Source of the DNA: Vicugna vicugna
Taxonomy: Eukaryota
NCBI GenBank assembly: GCA_013265495.1
Contig: MU058824.1
Coordinates: 3,375,111-3,439,110 of the forward strand
Reading direction: 5' to 3'
DNA: 64,000 nt
This document shows, piece after piece, positions 10,685-22,510 of this stretch (the stretch's first letter is position 1; each line of letters opens with the position of its first letter). Under the pieces are notes generated by a model. That model had not been told where the DNA came from. It worked only from the letters and a program-made list of their open reading frames with translations, and searched no databases. The translations under genes were made by a program, and so were the position numbers.

Positions 10685-12829
10685 CCCGAGCCCCGCGAGA
10701 ATGCCGATGCCAGCCATAGGACCGAAACTAGTCTCTTGGTTCGTGGCCAACGCCATTGGGTTTGAGGCTTCACACCGGGAATGGCTCTTGCAAATTCCAA
10801 TGACGAAGAATGGAGAATTAGTAGGTGTTGTGCTTGTGCGGGGGCGTTTCCAAGTGAAATGTGCGCTTTCAGAGAAGGGATACAATCCCTGAAGCTAAGT
10901 TCTTCCTTAGGGCTGAGTAATGCAGTCAGAAAGTAGTTTGTAATTGATGTTAAAAGTGGCACATTTAAAAATTAAAACTGAAGTGCAAAAAAATTTTTTT
11001 AGCAATTTTTGTAAAACTCTGAAGCATTTAAACTTCCTATATACCTTCTGATGGGAATATTATATACCTGTTCAGTGATGCAAAATGCACTTATGTGTAA
11101 CCAGTGGCAACTCTGTGCCTGTCTTAAAGGAAGGCCCTTGAGGACACGCCTGTCTGCCACAGATGCTTTAAAATGTATCACGAGCTAGTCCCTAGGCCTC
11201 AGAAAGTACTGTATTTTTAAATTTTTGCCTAATTTGCAGTCACAGACACTGCACTTTGATGGTGCTGACACTGGGTTCAGAGTGAGCATTCTCTGGACTA
11301 CTAGGTGTATATAATTTTGAAAACATCACTGTTGCATAGATGTTTTAACAGTTTTTCCTGGTTTTAAAAACAAGGTTGGTAAAAGGAGTATGTACTTATA
11401 GGGAGTGATGAGTAAGGTATTGTTTCCATATGTGCTGTTTAGCAGTGTTTTAACCAACTTGTATTTGCGTGACAGTTCCATGTTTGGAAGTCAGGAAGGA
11501 GCTGGTGTCTGTCTTTGTTCTGATGAAGTGAGTCCTGTTTTGTGGGATCTTTCATGGCACGTTTACCCCTTGCTCCATCCCGACTTCAGGGCTGGTCCAT
11601 CCGGATACGTCTCACCCGGTGACAAGCCCCTGCTCTGCTTCGCTTCTTCACACTCTCATTCCGCATATGGCATCCTTCCTGGGCCTGGATCACTGTCTTC
11701 AATTCAAAACTAACTAAAAATGAAGTCAGTCCTCCTCCTAGCATTGGGACAATCTGAGGAGACATCAGGGCCACTGCCCTGGGCCTCTTGGGGCCCCATC
11801 CTATGGTCTTCTGACCCTATGCCATCAGGGCTTTTGGCAGCACCCGTCAGGCTGAGCCCTGGCTGCCCTGATTCCAGGGGAACAGCACAGGTTAACCTGT
11901 CTCTGTAGAGCTCACGAAGTCAGTTTAATTCACGCAAGAACATGAGTTCATCTTTTTTTTGTATAGCTTTTTTAGAGACACCAAACAACTGTCCTTCAGT
12001 TCTTGTGCTTAGAAAGCTAATCAGCATGTGTTTTCTCTTAATCTAGTGTGTGCAGTTACACATCTGTCTGTGAATAAACTCATGATGTTCATTGTCGGTT
12101 TAGCATCTCCTATGAACCGATTCCTGGGGAGGAAAGCCAGAAGGGAAACCTCTGATTCCTCTCCTTTCAACAGATGTGGGACAGAGAAGGTTGGAGGCTG
12201 GGGAATCACCTGTGAAGTTGTGTGTGGGTAATTATTAGCAGTTGAGTTCTGACTTGATGTGAGGAGGCTCTCCATCCACCCCTCCGTGGGGACCAGTGTC
12301 TGGTGAGATTAAGCTGGGAGGCAGGTGGGTCAGCATGGAAAACGAGAGAGGCCCTGCCTGGCCTGAGAAGAGGAACCGGTGGCACCAGGAGGGGCAGCGG
12401 CAGCCCTCCTTCCCTTCCACCAGGAAGCTGTCCCCTCTCCGGAGCTCTGGCATAAGTGGCCTTTGCTTCGGGGCCCATCTCTGCTACAGCAGCTGGAACC
12501 CTGCCTCTCCACTGCTAGGTGGAATCTGGAATTGCTCATCTACCTCTTAGTCAATCAGTTTCTATGTGTGAGAAGCTAGCTTGTGGGCCAGTGTCCTTGT
12601 ACACACTGTAGCACTTACAACATAATTCAGAGGTTCCCTGGAAAACCCAGTCCCAGGGTTCCTATGACCGGTAGTTTCTATCTGAATTATAACTAGTATT
12701 GGGTACCTGGATTTTGATTGGTTAGCCTTAATTATAGCTTGGCATAATTGTTTCTGGTGACCAAATCATAAAGTTCTGTCAGGGCACCCATGTCAGTGGT
12801 GCTATGCTGGTCAAAGTTTGAGACTTTGA

Positions 12830-12835
12830 AATAAA
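12830..12835 (+). terminator. ZBTB5: Probable main ZBTB5 polyadenylation signal (3'UTR ~10685-12855)
   Basis: AATAAA followed by a GU/U-rich element (TTGTGTTCTTTTCTTT, ~12865-12880). Alternative signals: AATAAA at 12073 and ATTAAA at 12891. Confidence 0.7.
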
Positions 12836-13708
12836 AAATTTGTCATATTCATGCCTCTAACTAATTGTGTTCTTTTCTTTGCCTTAGGTTATTAAAGTTG
12901 AAACCAAAAAGTGAAGTGGTATTGCGTTCTCTGCTAACCCTGCTTCGACTAGTTATTTTTTAAACCAAGCTTCCTAGAAAATACTGTCATGCTGTCAGTA
13001 ACAATTATCGGTCGTTCCCCTCCGTTCGTCCCTTCTGCTGTCCCTGCGCTGTCTGTCTCTGAGCTGCAGACAAGTGTGAGGTGGTGCTCCCAGTCCACCT
13101 GGTTTTACTCCCTGAGGGCCTGTTGAATTCGTATGTTTTCTGGTGCTCCCTTACCTGCCTCCCAGGTTGAAAACTCCACTCTCCAGTTTGGTCTGGCCGT
13201 GGGGAAGAGCTGGACCCCGAGTCCTTCGGCAGAGCTGGTGGCCTGGCCTTGGGAGAAGTGAGGGGATTAGAAAAGGGTGTCCACCTGGGGGGTGGGGGTG
13301 GAGGAGGGGAGGGACACAGGGAGCCAAGTGTAAAGGTTCTGAAACTAATTTTAAAACAAAAATTAAGAGAGATGCACCTACCTTGATTATTCTTGACCAA
13401 AATATGAGTACCGTGACCTTACCTAGTTCACTTCGCCATGCGTATTTAATTTGCCCAACAGTTTAGGAAGCAGATCCAACTGCTCTGGGCTATGGTTGTT
13501 CCATCTTCAGTGAGGGACACTTGAAGGCATTTTAGCAGAGGACGAGGGTCAGGTGGTTCGGACAGGTTCTAATAATTAAAACGCTGGGGGTGAGGACAGG
13601 GGTGGGAAGCAGAACCCGCAGGTCACCAGAGGCCCTGATCTGGAAAGGGAAGCGGATGCTGGTTGTTAGCGTCTCACAGTCACACGCCCAGACAGTCTCA
13701 GAGAATTC

Positions 13709-13714
13709 TTTAAT
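13709..13714 (-). terminator. GRHPR: Probable GRHPR polyadenylation signal (ATTAAA)
   Basis: TTTAAT on + strand, ~200 nt past the GRHPR stop; downstream minus-strand sequence is GT-rich. Confidence 0.6.
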
Positions 13715-13914
13715 AGAATTACACACTTTGGGCTCAGATGTTTCCAACCACAAAAGTGGCAAGCACGTCTATCAGCACCAGTCTCCCCTCCGTGGAATCA
13801 GTACAGATCAGACTTTTTTCTTTGGCTCCCATCTTGTAGGTCCAAATCAAGCCTGGCTGCGTCTGACACAATCCCGGGCCATTGGCCTCCTGGCCCTTGG
13901 TGTCTCCCGTGTGG

Positions 13915-14139
<225 letters not shown>

Positions 14140-15226
14140 TCACTAGTCCTTGGTTTGCCCTCCCTCCTGTCACTAACCACTCCACTGCCCTGGGGCTGAG
14201 GGTCAGAGAGACACCCAGACACAAGGGCAAGGGTGACAAGAAGTATGTATCCTGAACTCAAGAATATTGGGGCTAGAGGGGTGTTGGAGCTGATCTAGAC
14301 TCAGTCCTTCAGATAAACTAGGTGTCAATTTAACTGCTCACCCACACTGTGTGCCCTGGAAAGTAACATGCCAGGGCTTCTAATCTACAGAATAACAAGA
14401 GGAAAGGCTGGACAGCACAGCTCCTTCTGGCCCCAATGCAGAGGAAATCAGGTCACTCTCGTCCCCAAAGAGCACCTTCCTAAAGCCGTACCCAGGGAGC
14501 AGAGCTGGACTCCCAGGCCTGGAGGGATGGGATGGCCTTCCCAGCTGCGGGCAGCGGCCAGGCCATCACAGCCGATGTTCCTTTCAGACTGGCATGGGGG
14601 TAGGGATGCCCGAGTTTCCAGGGCTGCAATAATGGAAGCATTCACTGTGGGGAAGGCAGCTGAGGACCCACTCTGTGGGTTTCCATTCCAGAATGTAAAG
14701 GTGGGGGCCTGGCCCACACAACCTAAGGCTGAATTACACTGAACCACTGAGTTACAGATCAGTCTGGAGACAGAAACCACACCAGCTACCAGAACAGAGA
14801 AGGTAACAGAATTGTTAAGTAGGCACAAAGTTGTTAATGGTAACCGAGGAGGTTAAAGAGGAACGCTAAGCAGGCAGCCTGGGCCCATCGGGAGCTCATT
14901 CTCAGGCCCCACCCTAGAGCCGAGGCAGAAGCCCATGGGGGCCTGGCACCCCATGTTTGATCAGTCCCTGCAGGTGACCAGTGAACATAAAAGTTTGAGA
15001 ACCGCTACAGAGGTAAAGACACCAGAAGCATCTACCCCACCCGCCATGGGCTTAGGGGCAAAAGGATGGATTGTTAAAACTTTGAAGGCTGAGGAGGGCC
15101 CCTTTGGTCTGTGGGCTGTGGCTTGGGTCTCTGAGGGGCACAACGCTTAACCAGAGTGTCAGGAGAACTGCAATCTGCCTTCACCAGCCGCTGCAGAAAG
15201 TGCTGCTGGCAAAGTGCGGTTCTTAC

Positions 15227-15357
15227 CACAGTTCTTCAGGGTCAGGAGAGGGTGGTTTGTAGGCAGTGGTTCTGGGGTCGTCACATCCAGTCCAGCAGCT
15301 GCAACCTGACCGCTGGCCAGGGCCTGGTACAGGTCGTCCTGGTTCACCACTTCTCCC
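15227..15357 (-). CDS. GRHPR: GRHPR exon 8 (131 nt)
   Basis: [43 protein letters not shown]; canonical AG/GT boundaries. Confidence 0.97.
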
Positions 15358-16580
15358 CTGGGAAGACAGCGTGACCCAGGCTGCCTTTAGGGCAGAACCA
15401 CCCACAGAATGAATTGTCCATTGCCCTGGTACTTGGCACTGACTTTCAAAGCAGTCCCACAGTATACTTATTTACAGTTTGTGCAGATCAAAGAACCCCA
15501 GCCCTGTCACGTTCAAGCTGTGCAACCTTGGGCAAGTGCTCCTCTGTAAGATAGGGAGACTACCACCTAACTCCCAGGAGTGCCTCCTTACACCACTGCT
15601 GCACGAACAGGGCCCACGGGCTGCATTTGTGTTGGGCCCTAGACCACCCACTGACAAGCACCGCAGCAGGCCCACAGGCACCTGCCTAACTAGGGCAGAG
15701 ACCCAAAGACACACCCCACTATGTCCCTCCGAGCGAGCAGCCATTCTTCCCGTGACTGAACCACTGGAGTAGAGAACTGATTTGCATGAGACTTCATACT
15801 GTGCACTAAACAATGCCTGTGCAATAATCAGTAACGCAGGGCCCTGCAGTAGGGGGTATGTGATGGAAGCAACAACACTGTTGGCCTCAGTGTGAGCCAA
15901 CACTGTTCTTGTACGTCTCCCTCTACGCCAAGGGCACTCACTGCCTTTGCAGCTAAACGTTAGTAATTATAGGCACCTCTGGGGTGGACAAGCCCTTGGG
16001 GCGACCTCATCCCTTCCCATTGCGCATCTTTGCCCCCAAACTGATTAAAGCAGGTTCCAAAGGCACCAGCTAGGAAGCGGTTGGAGTGGCAGAGAAGGAA
16101 GGTTCCCTCCATAGCCTAAAGGAACTCTGGGAACATTTTGAGGAACCAAGACAACCAGGGTTTTGGGTCTATCTCCCCAGGAACAAGAGGGTTCAAGCTG
16201 TCACTGCCTCACAGACAGACCCAGCCTCAGCGCCATGAAGGTCGGCCTCCAAAGGGCTGTACCCTTTGTGGTTAGAGGAACATGGGCCTCCCCAAGGTTA
16301 CCTGGTAACTCGCTGCCATCTTGTCTTCACTCCCTAAGCAAGACCAGGGGTCCGGCTGGGAACCAGCCTGGCCGGGCCCTGCTCTAAGCACATGGGACAT
16401 GCTCTGGGATTTTTACTGTATTTCTGAGTTGGCTGGTTCATTGGTTTATGGAGAGCAGTAAGCTCAGCCTGAGTCTCACCAACAACCCACAGGGAGAAAA
16501 AACCTCAGATCACAACAGCAGGGAGAGCCCCTCTCCAGTCTCACCCAGTGACCCAGGGGTGCCAGGTGGCCCCAGGATAC

Positions 16581-16716
16581 CTGCTGACATTGACAAACAC
16601 GGCCGTTTTCTTCATCTGCTGGAAGAAGTCCTTGTTGCAGAGCCCCTTGGTTGCAGGTGTTAAGGAGCAGGTCACGATAATGAAATCAGATTCAGCAGCC
16701 AGCTGGAGGGTGGACA
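16581..16716 (-). CDS. GRHPR: GRHPR exon 7 (136 nt)
   Basis: [46 protein letters not shown]; canonical boundaries. Confidence 0.97.
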
Positions 16717-17427
16717 CTGGGGGAGGGTAGGGCTCCATCAGGTATCGAGTTTCAGGTTAGGGGAAGCAAGAGGTGGGAAACCTGACCGTTCCTCCCTCCT
16801 CTCATAACAGAAACTCCCGAGATGCTTCCTAAGGCCTCGTCTCTACCTGGACAACTATGGTAATGGTACAAAGTAGACAGCCACTTGTGGGACCCTGGTG
16901 TATTATTACATCATTCAGCCAGCCCCCTGGTCTAAAGGTGGGGAAACTGAGACCAGAGAGGGGCAGGAGCTTGTCCAAGGTCACACAACAGGATCTAGGC
17001 CACTCTGGCTTTCACCACCTCCAAGGCCCAACATGCCGAGGGGGTGAGAAGTGACTGAAATCCAGCCTGCCCTCTGCTCCCCAAGCTGTGCACCTGCCAG
17101 GCGGCTGGATCCACCCGGACACAAGGCTGGCAGTGGCACTCACTAGTTCACTGAGGAACCTGTGAAAGTTTCCTTACGTGTGTCACCATCCCTGCTGCTC
17201 TACCCACACACAGGCACTGGTGATAAGGGGCTCTGAAAGACAGGAGACCTGGATGAGTCCCCGTGCTCCCTGCATGTGCCTCTGTGTGCAGGGGCAGGAA
17301 GGTCAGGGAACCCCAAGGGCCATACGGAGCTGCCACATTCTGCCTGAAAGCACCGCTCTTACAGACAACACGGAGCCCTCCAGCTGAGCACCGGTGCAGC
17401 TCCTGCAAAGCTAGAGGTTTTACTTAC

Positions 17428-17532
17428 CAAACTCTGCCTGGAATTCCTCTGCTTCCTGAGGCCTGGGCTGGCGCCCTGCATACAGAAATCTCTGGACGCC
17501 GAATGGTTTCAGACGCCGAGCAACAGCCTTGC
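17428..17532 (-). CDS. GRHPR: GRHPR exon 6 (105 nt)
   Basis: [35 protein letters not shown]; canonical boundaries. Confidence 0.97.
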
Positions 17533-18634
17533 CTGCAGGCAAGGAGTCAGAGTCAGTGTTTGTTCCCAACCCCTCAGAACACAGGGCAGCTACCAGCAGC
17601 TTCAGGGAAGGGGAGTCCTGGGAAGAGGTGAGGGAGGTGGCAGCAAGGTCCTTCCATCCGCACAGTTCTGACATTAAGTGGTCCTGCTGCAGTGTACTCA
17701 GCCCCGCCAGCCCAGACTGCCCTTAAGGGCCCATGTGACAGCCCTTCAGGATCTGGAGGCAATGCCACAGCTTCTCTGTGGCTATGACTGGCTTATGCTG
17801 TCCTTGCTTACATGGTTCTGGCCATCTTAAAGGCCATTTGCTAACCTTCCCTGAGCACTGGACCTCACATCCCAGGAGAGGTCTGACTACACGGTCCAAT
17901 TCCTCCTTCTGGACCCTCTGCTTCTGTTAATGCCCTTGACTGTTTGGTGACACTCCCAACCTGCCACCTCGCCCTGACTTAAGACCTTTCCACATGTGCT
18001 GCTGCTGAGACAGGCTTGGACAGCTGGATTTTCAGACCACATGCCCCAAAGCCAGTGGGTTCCTCCAAGCACCTCTCTAATGTGAGGGGCAGGGCTGCTA
18101 GCAAGCCAAATTATCCGTACTTTCCCGTCTCACCCCCACCTCTGCACCAGGCAAGATACCTGAGGACTGACCACCAGCAGCTGCCTGGTGGAGCTCAAGC
18201 CTTTATGTCAGACTTCTCCAAACAGGAGCCACTGGAAGAAAACTAGCTCTGCCCTGTCTCAGGATTACAGGCAAGCTCAGCCCACTGGACCCTCTGGTTC
18301 CTGAATTAAGGCTTTATGAGTCAAGGCCTAGGGGGGCACAGGCTCTCCCACAGTAAACCTCTCCTAAAGATCCCCACCCAGCAGCCACCATGGAGCTGTG
18401 ATCATGAAGAACCCTGGCTCTTACAACTTGCTTCTACCACCTAGTGAGTTCTTAAGGAACTCCTTGTTTTATTTCATTATATTTTATTTTTTGGCCTGTG
18501 TTTTATGAAGCCATGTCTTCTCACTAGAGATACCCCTACTGCACCCTTTTCCGAAAAAGGACTGTCAGCATCCAGACACAAGATGCTGGAGACTCAAACC
18601 AAGCCATGAGAGCCTGGGCACTGAAGAGCCTCAC

Positions 18635-18723
18635 CTATGCGCCCCAGCCCGATGATGCCGACGGTGCTCTGCGTGAGGCCGTAGCCACACATCCACAGGG
18701 GCTTCCAGGTGGTCCAGCCGCCG
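18635..18723 (-). CDS. GRHPR: GRHPR exon 5 (89 nt)
   Basis: [29 protein letters not shown], including the Rossmann GxGxxG motif; canonical boundaries. Confidence 0.97.
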
Positions 18724-19863
18724 CTGCGGGGAGGGAGAGGGGCAGGTAAGAGGCCCAGGCCTCAGGCAGAGCTGAGGGCCCCCTGAACAGACCCCGTACC
18801 CAACAGACACAGAGGAGCTGGAGTCCAAGGGACAGGCCCCGTCCTTCAGTCAAGGATTAAGAGGAGTGTCCGTTATACCTATAGCCACGCAGCGCTGCAG
18901 ATAAGCAGCAGGAATGACTCTTCCTTCAAAGCCATTAGGGACACAGAACCCAAGGGCTGGGAGGGGCCTTAGAGGTTCCCCTCCCACTTTGCAGATGGGG
19001 AAACAGACAGTGACCTGTCTGAGCTCACACAGCCAGGGCAGAGCTGGGAGTAGCAGGTTGCAAACCCAGGGTGTGGGATTCCAAAACTAGTATTCTCAGG
19101 GCTCCAGGGAAGCCACAGGCCCAGCCCTGTTGCTCTGGGTGGACAGGGGAATGGAGCTTGTCTTGAGTCACCTCCAGTGAAGGTGCCAACTCCCTAGACA
19201 GGAGGGTAAAAGGCACAAACAGCCCCATGCAGCCTCCCTGCTACATTCCCCACCTCCAAACCCCTGCTCCAGGCCTACGTTCTCTGAGGGCCTGCATTTA
19301 TACGCTATCTTGCCTTTGCTCAAGCCAGTCCCTGCACCTTCCTTGACTCTGGATATACAGACCCAAATCTCTGCTCTGAAACCCTCAGGCCAGATTTTCA
19401 AAGTTTTCAGATTTAGTAAGGTGGTAAGGTGCATATGCTATGTTCTACGTAACACCCTCAGCAGCATCTGGGTGGCACCTGCATCAAGCACGTCGGTCTA
19501 TCTCCAGCAAAATTAAACCACCTTCAGTTTTCAGAGCCTTTGGGTTTCCACATGGTGAGTGAGGGATAATGGATCATCCCCCTAAGCGCTAGAGAGGATG
19601 CCACCAGCTACTTCTTCCTCAAAGCCTTCCCTGATCCACTCTCCTCCCCCACCTCCTCACCACCCCTGTCCTCTTCTCCCATGATTTCCCTTCATGCCCG
19701 GTTCATTCCAGCTTTGCTGTGTACTTTAGTATCTTGGCTGAGTCCGTCTCCCCCACTGACTGGGGCACACCCAGGGACAGGATCACGTCTGGGCCAGGAA
19801 GGCACTGGGTGCTCAGCTACCAGCTGCTGAGCAGAGCTGACTTCCCGGCCAGGCGTTAACTCA

Positions 19864-20034
<171 letters not shown>

Positions 20035-20186
20035 CTACTGCTGGGACATTCCCATGATGCGGCCTTCCTCCCTCTTTGTGCTGCCTGCCAGGAAGCTCAG
20101 AGCTGTAAGTGAGCAGTCAGGAATGGTCAGCCCTCTTCCCATTTCAATTATCTTCCATTTCGGGAAGGACATAAGATGCAAGATCA

Positions 20187-20331
20187 GGGGGAGGTATTTA
20201 CAGCTCAGCAGTAGAGTGTGCACCTAGCATGCATGAGGTCCTGGGTTCAATTCCCAGTACCTCCATTAAAATAAACAAGCATACAAACAAACAAACCTAT
20301 TACCTCCCCCAACCAAAAAGAAAATTATAAA
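20187..20331 (+). mobile_element. tRNA-derived SINE (camelid Vic-1-like) in GRHPR intron 3
   Basis: A-box-like CAGCTCAGCAGTAGA, B-box GGTTCAATTCC (20244-20254), A-rich tail. 14-bp TSD AAGATGCAAGATCA (20173-20186) / AAGATGGAAGATCA (20332-20345). Confidence 0.85.
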
Positions 20332-20682
20332 AAGATGGAAGATCAGTGTCTAAAGTCTGGGGCCAGAACTACTTAACCTGTTTGAATTTCCTCATCTAAA
20401 AAAAGGAAATAATACTTGCCTTTTCTACTTGAAAGAGTTGTTGTGGGGGTCAAAAAAGTGAATGAATGTGAAAGGCTGCTACCTGGACAGATGTTACCCA
20501 GAGTTTCTAACTACTTGCACTTATCTTAACTGACCTGTGCACACGTGGTCAGGTTTCATCATCAGCCACATTTTCACTGGTCAAGGGGTATGAAGTAAAA
20601 AAAAATACTCAGTTCCACCTCCTCCCTCTCTGATAGTCACCTCTCACTTCAGGACCCCTTCCAGAGCCCAAGCTGCATTTAC

Positions 20683-20755
20683 CGCTTCTTGATTTCATCC
20701 AAAGCCAAGTGGTCGACACCCGCGGACAGCGTGCTAATGACTTTAAGATTGGCTC
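20683..20755 (-). CDS. GRHPR: GRHPR exon 3 (73 nt)
   Basis: [25 protein letters not shown]; canonical boundaries. Confidence 0.96.
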
Positions 20756-21143
20756 CTGTTGTGCAGAAAAAGCATTATTTGTATCTTTCCTCATTGGATT
20801 CAAAGCCCTCCCACATTGCTACAAACGGTCTAGAAAAGGCAGGGCCCTACTAAAGGTCATAAAACAAGGCTGTGCAGAGCTAGATGAGGGCCCAGGGCCC
20901 TGGCTCCCCTCCAGGCTATGGCCTTTGCCCTCCTGAGGCCTCCCTCTGGGGACTCACAGCCGAGAGAGCGGCAATGTGTGCGCCAGATGGAGCTGCACAC
21001 AATGTTCCCCTTTGGCCCAGGACCACAGTGAATGAGCTCAGAGAGGTGACTGAAGACCTGCTCAGGCACCAGCAGCAGGCTTATGTGCCCAACAGGGCCA
21101 AGACACCCTTGGAATCCTCCCCAGGCCTGCAGAGCACACATAC

Positions 21144-21274
21144 CTGCAGCATCCAGAAGCTTCTTGTCTATGCGGTCAGAGAGGAGGCAGAGCAGGCCAT
21201 GGGCCCCAGCCACGCCCTGTTCCAGGTCCTTACTGGGGATGGGCTCATCGGAATCCCACTGCTCCACCTCACAG
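21144..21274 (-). CDS. GRHPR: GRHPR exon 2 (131 nt)
   Basis: [43 protein letters not shown]; canonical boundaries. Confidence 0.97.
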
Positions 21275-21489
21275 CTGAAGGAAAAGGAAAGACCACTCAG
21301 AAGTGGGGGAGCCCCACAAATGCCCCCAGGCTCCATCAGAAGACCCTTCTCAGAGTAGGAAACACTGTCTTCTGCTTGCTCTGGCCTTAGGCTCTGGCAT
21401 TGGTTTCTGAGGCTGGGTTCCACCTTCTCCCTGCCTAACACAGGCAGGGCAAACCTGCATTATGTCCTGCTCAGACTGCAGCTGGACAG

Positions 21490-21690
21490 AGCTGAATTCA
21501 AACCCCAGCTCTGCCACATACAGAGCTGTGTGACTTTGGAGGAGGTACTTAACTTCTCCCAGTTTTCTCACCTGTAAAGTGGGAATTATAGTACCGACTT
21601 CACAGTGTGGAAGTATTAAGAGTCCACATAATAAGATGCACCTGGCGAGACTGGCACGCAGGGTTCAATTTAACAAGTGTTACCAGAAGA
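21490..21690 (+). mobile_element. MIR SINE in GRHPR intron 1
   Basis: Core AAACCCCAGCTCTGCCAC...TGTGTGACTTTGG...CACCTGTAAAGTGGG. Other intronic MIR pieces at ~16900-17010, ~18960-19100 and ~20350-20480. Confidence 0.8.
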
Positions 21691-21869
21691 CCCTGCCAAC
21701 GGTGCAAAGGGACCAGGCCAGTGACTGTCAAATCTCTGACCCGGCCAAGCTACCGCCAAGGGTAAAGAATTAACAGCCTGGACCTTGCGTCATGGGCCGT
21801 CTCCCCTCTCCCCAGGCCCATGACTGAGGAGGGCTCTAGCTCTTTCCCAGACCTCCACTGCAAGTACCA

Positions 21870-22480
21870 GGGGCGTTGCGGGTCCCAGCGTCACTGCAAC
21901 GGGTCTGGAGAAAGCTAGGCCCCAGAGAACTTTCTATAAGCTTCCCCAGAATCTAAGACCGTTCCGGCCGGGCACAGGTTGGAAAGTACAGCCAAGGCCC
22001 AAGCACAGGATCCCGGATCTCTCTGACCCAAAGGATTGCCCCGTCCACACCACCAAAAATAACTGGGACTCGAGAGGCTGCCCCCAGCCCTCCCTGAGAC
22101 GCTGAGTCACGCCGCGTGCGGGGCGCCCAAGGCCCCGGAGCCGTGCCCGCGGCTTCGCAGCCCCTTCCCGCGACACCACCCGCAGCCCGCGCTCCCGGCG
22201 AGAAGGAACTCGGCGCGCGGAGCGGTGCAGGGGCCCCGGGCTCTTACTCTGAGGCCTGGGCGAGCGCGACGCTACCCTCGGCGGGGATTCTGCGCGTGAC
22301 GAACACCTTCATGAGTCTCACCAGCCTCATCCACCATCCAGCCGCCGGATACTAGGCCGGGACCCCGCGGGCCGGAAGCAGCACGGGAGGGGGCGGGGCC
22401 GCGGGCGGGGCGGGGCCGGGACTGGAGCCTTCGGGGCGGGAGGCCGAGCGGGGGCTGTGGGATTGCAGCTGTGCGGTGGC
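21870..22480 (-). promoter_or_regulatory. GRHPR: GRHPR CpG-island promoter, no TATA box seen
   Basis: Dense CpG. GC boxes at 22390-22398, 22403-22415 and 22433-22440; ETS site CCGGAAG at 22372-22378. Confidence 0.9.
22248..22330 (-). CDS. GRHPR: GRHPR (glyoxylate/hydroxypyruvate reductase) exon 1 coding part (83 nt); the nine exons total 987 nt = 328 aa + stop
   Basis: [33 protein letters not shown] donor at 22247; phases join consistently across all exons. Confidence 0.95.
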
Positions 22481-22496
22481 TAATGCCTTGTGCATC

Positions 22497-22510
22497 TGTG
22501 TGTGTGTGTG
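22497..22510 (+). repeat. (TG)7 microsatellite upstream of the GRHPR promoter
   Basis: Directly visible. Confidence 0.9.

Noticed and set aside
9049..10962. Antisense and alternative-frame ORFs over ZBTB5 (up to 159 aa)
   Set aside because: Expected by-products of GC-rich coding sequence; no recognisable domains.
20187..20265. tRNA-like sequence
   Set aside because: SINE head with a tail and TSD, not a tRNA gene.
20857..21441. 194-aa minus-strand ORF
   Set aside because: GRHPR exon 2 read through into the flanking introns.
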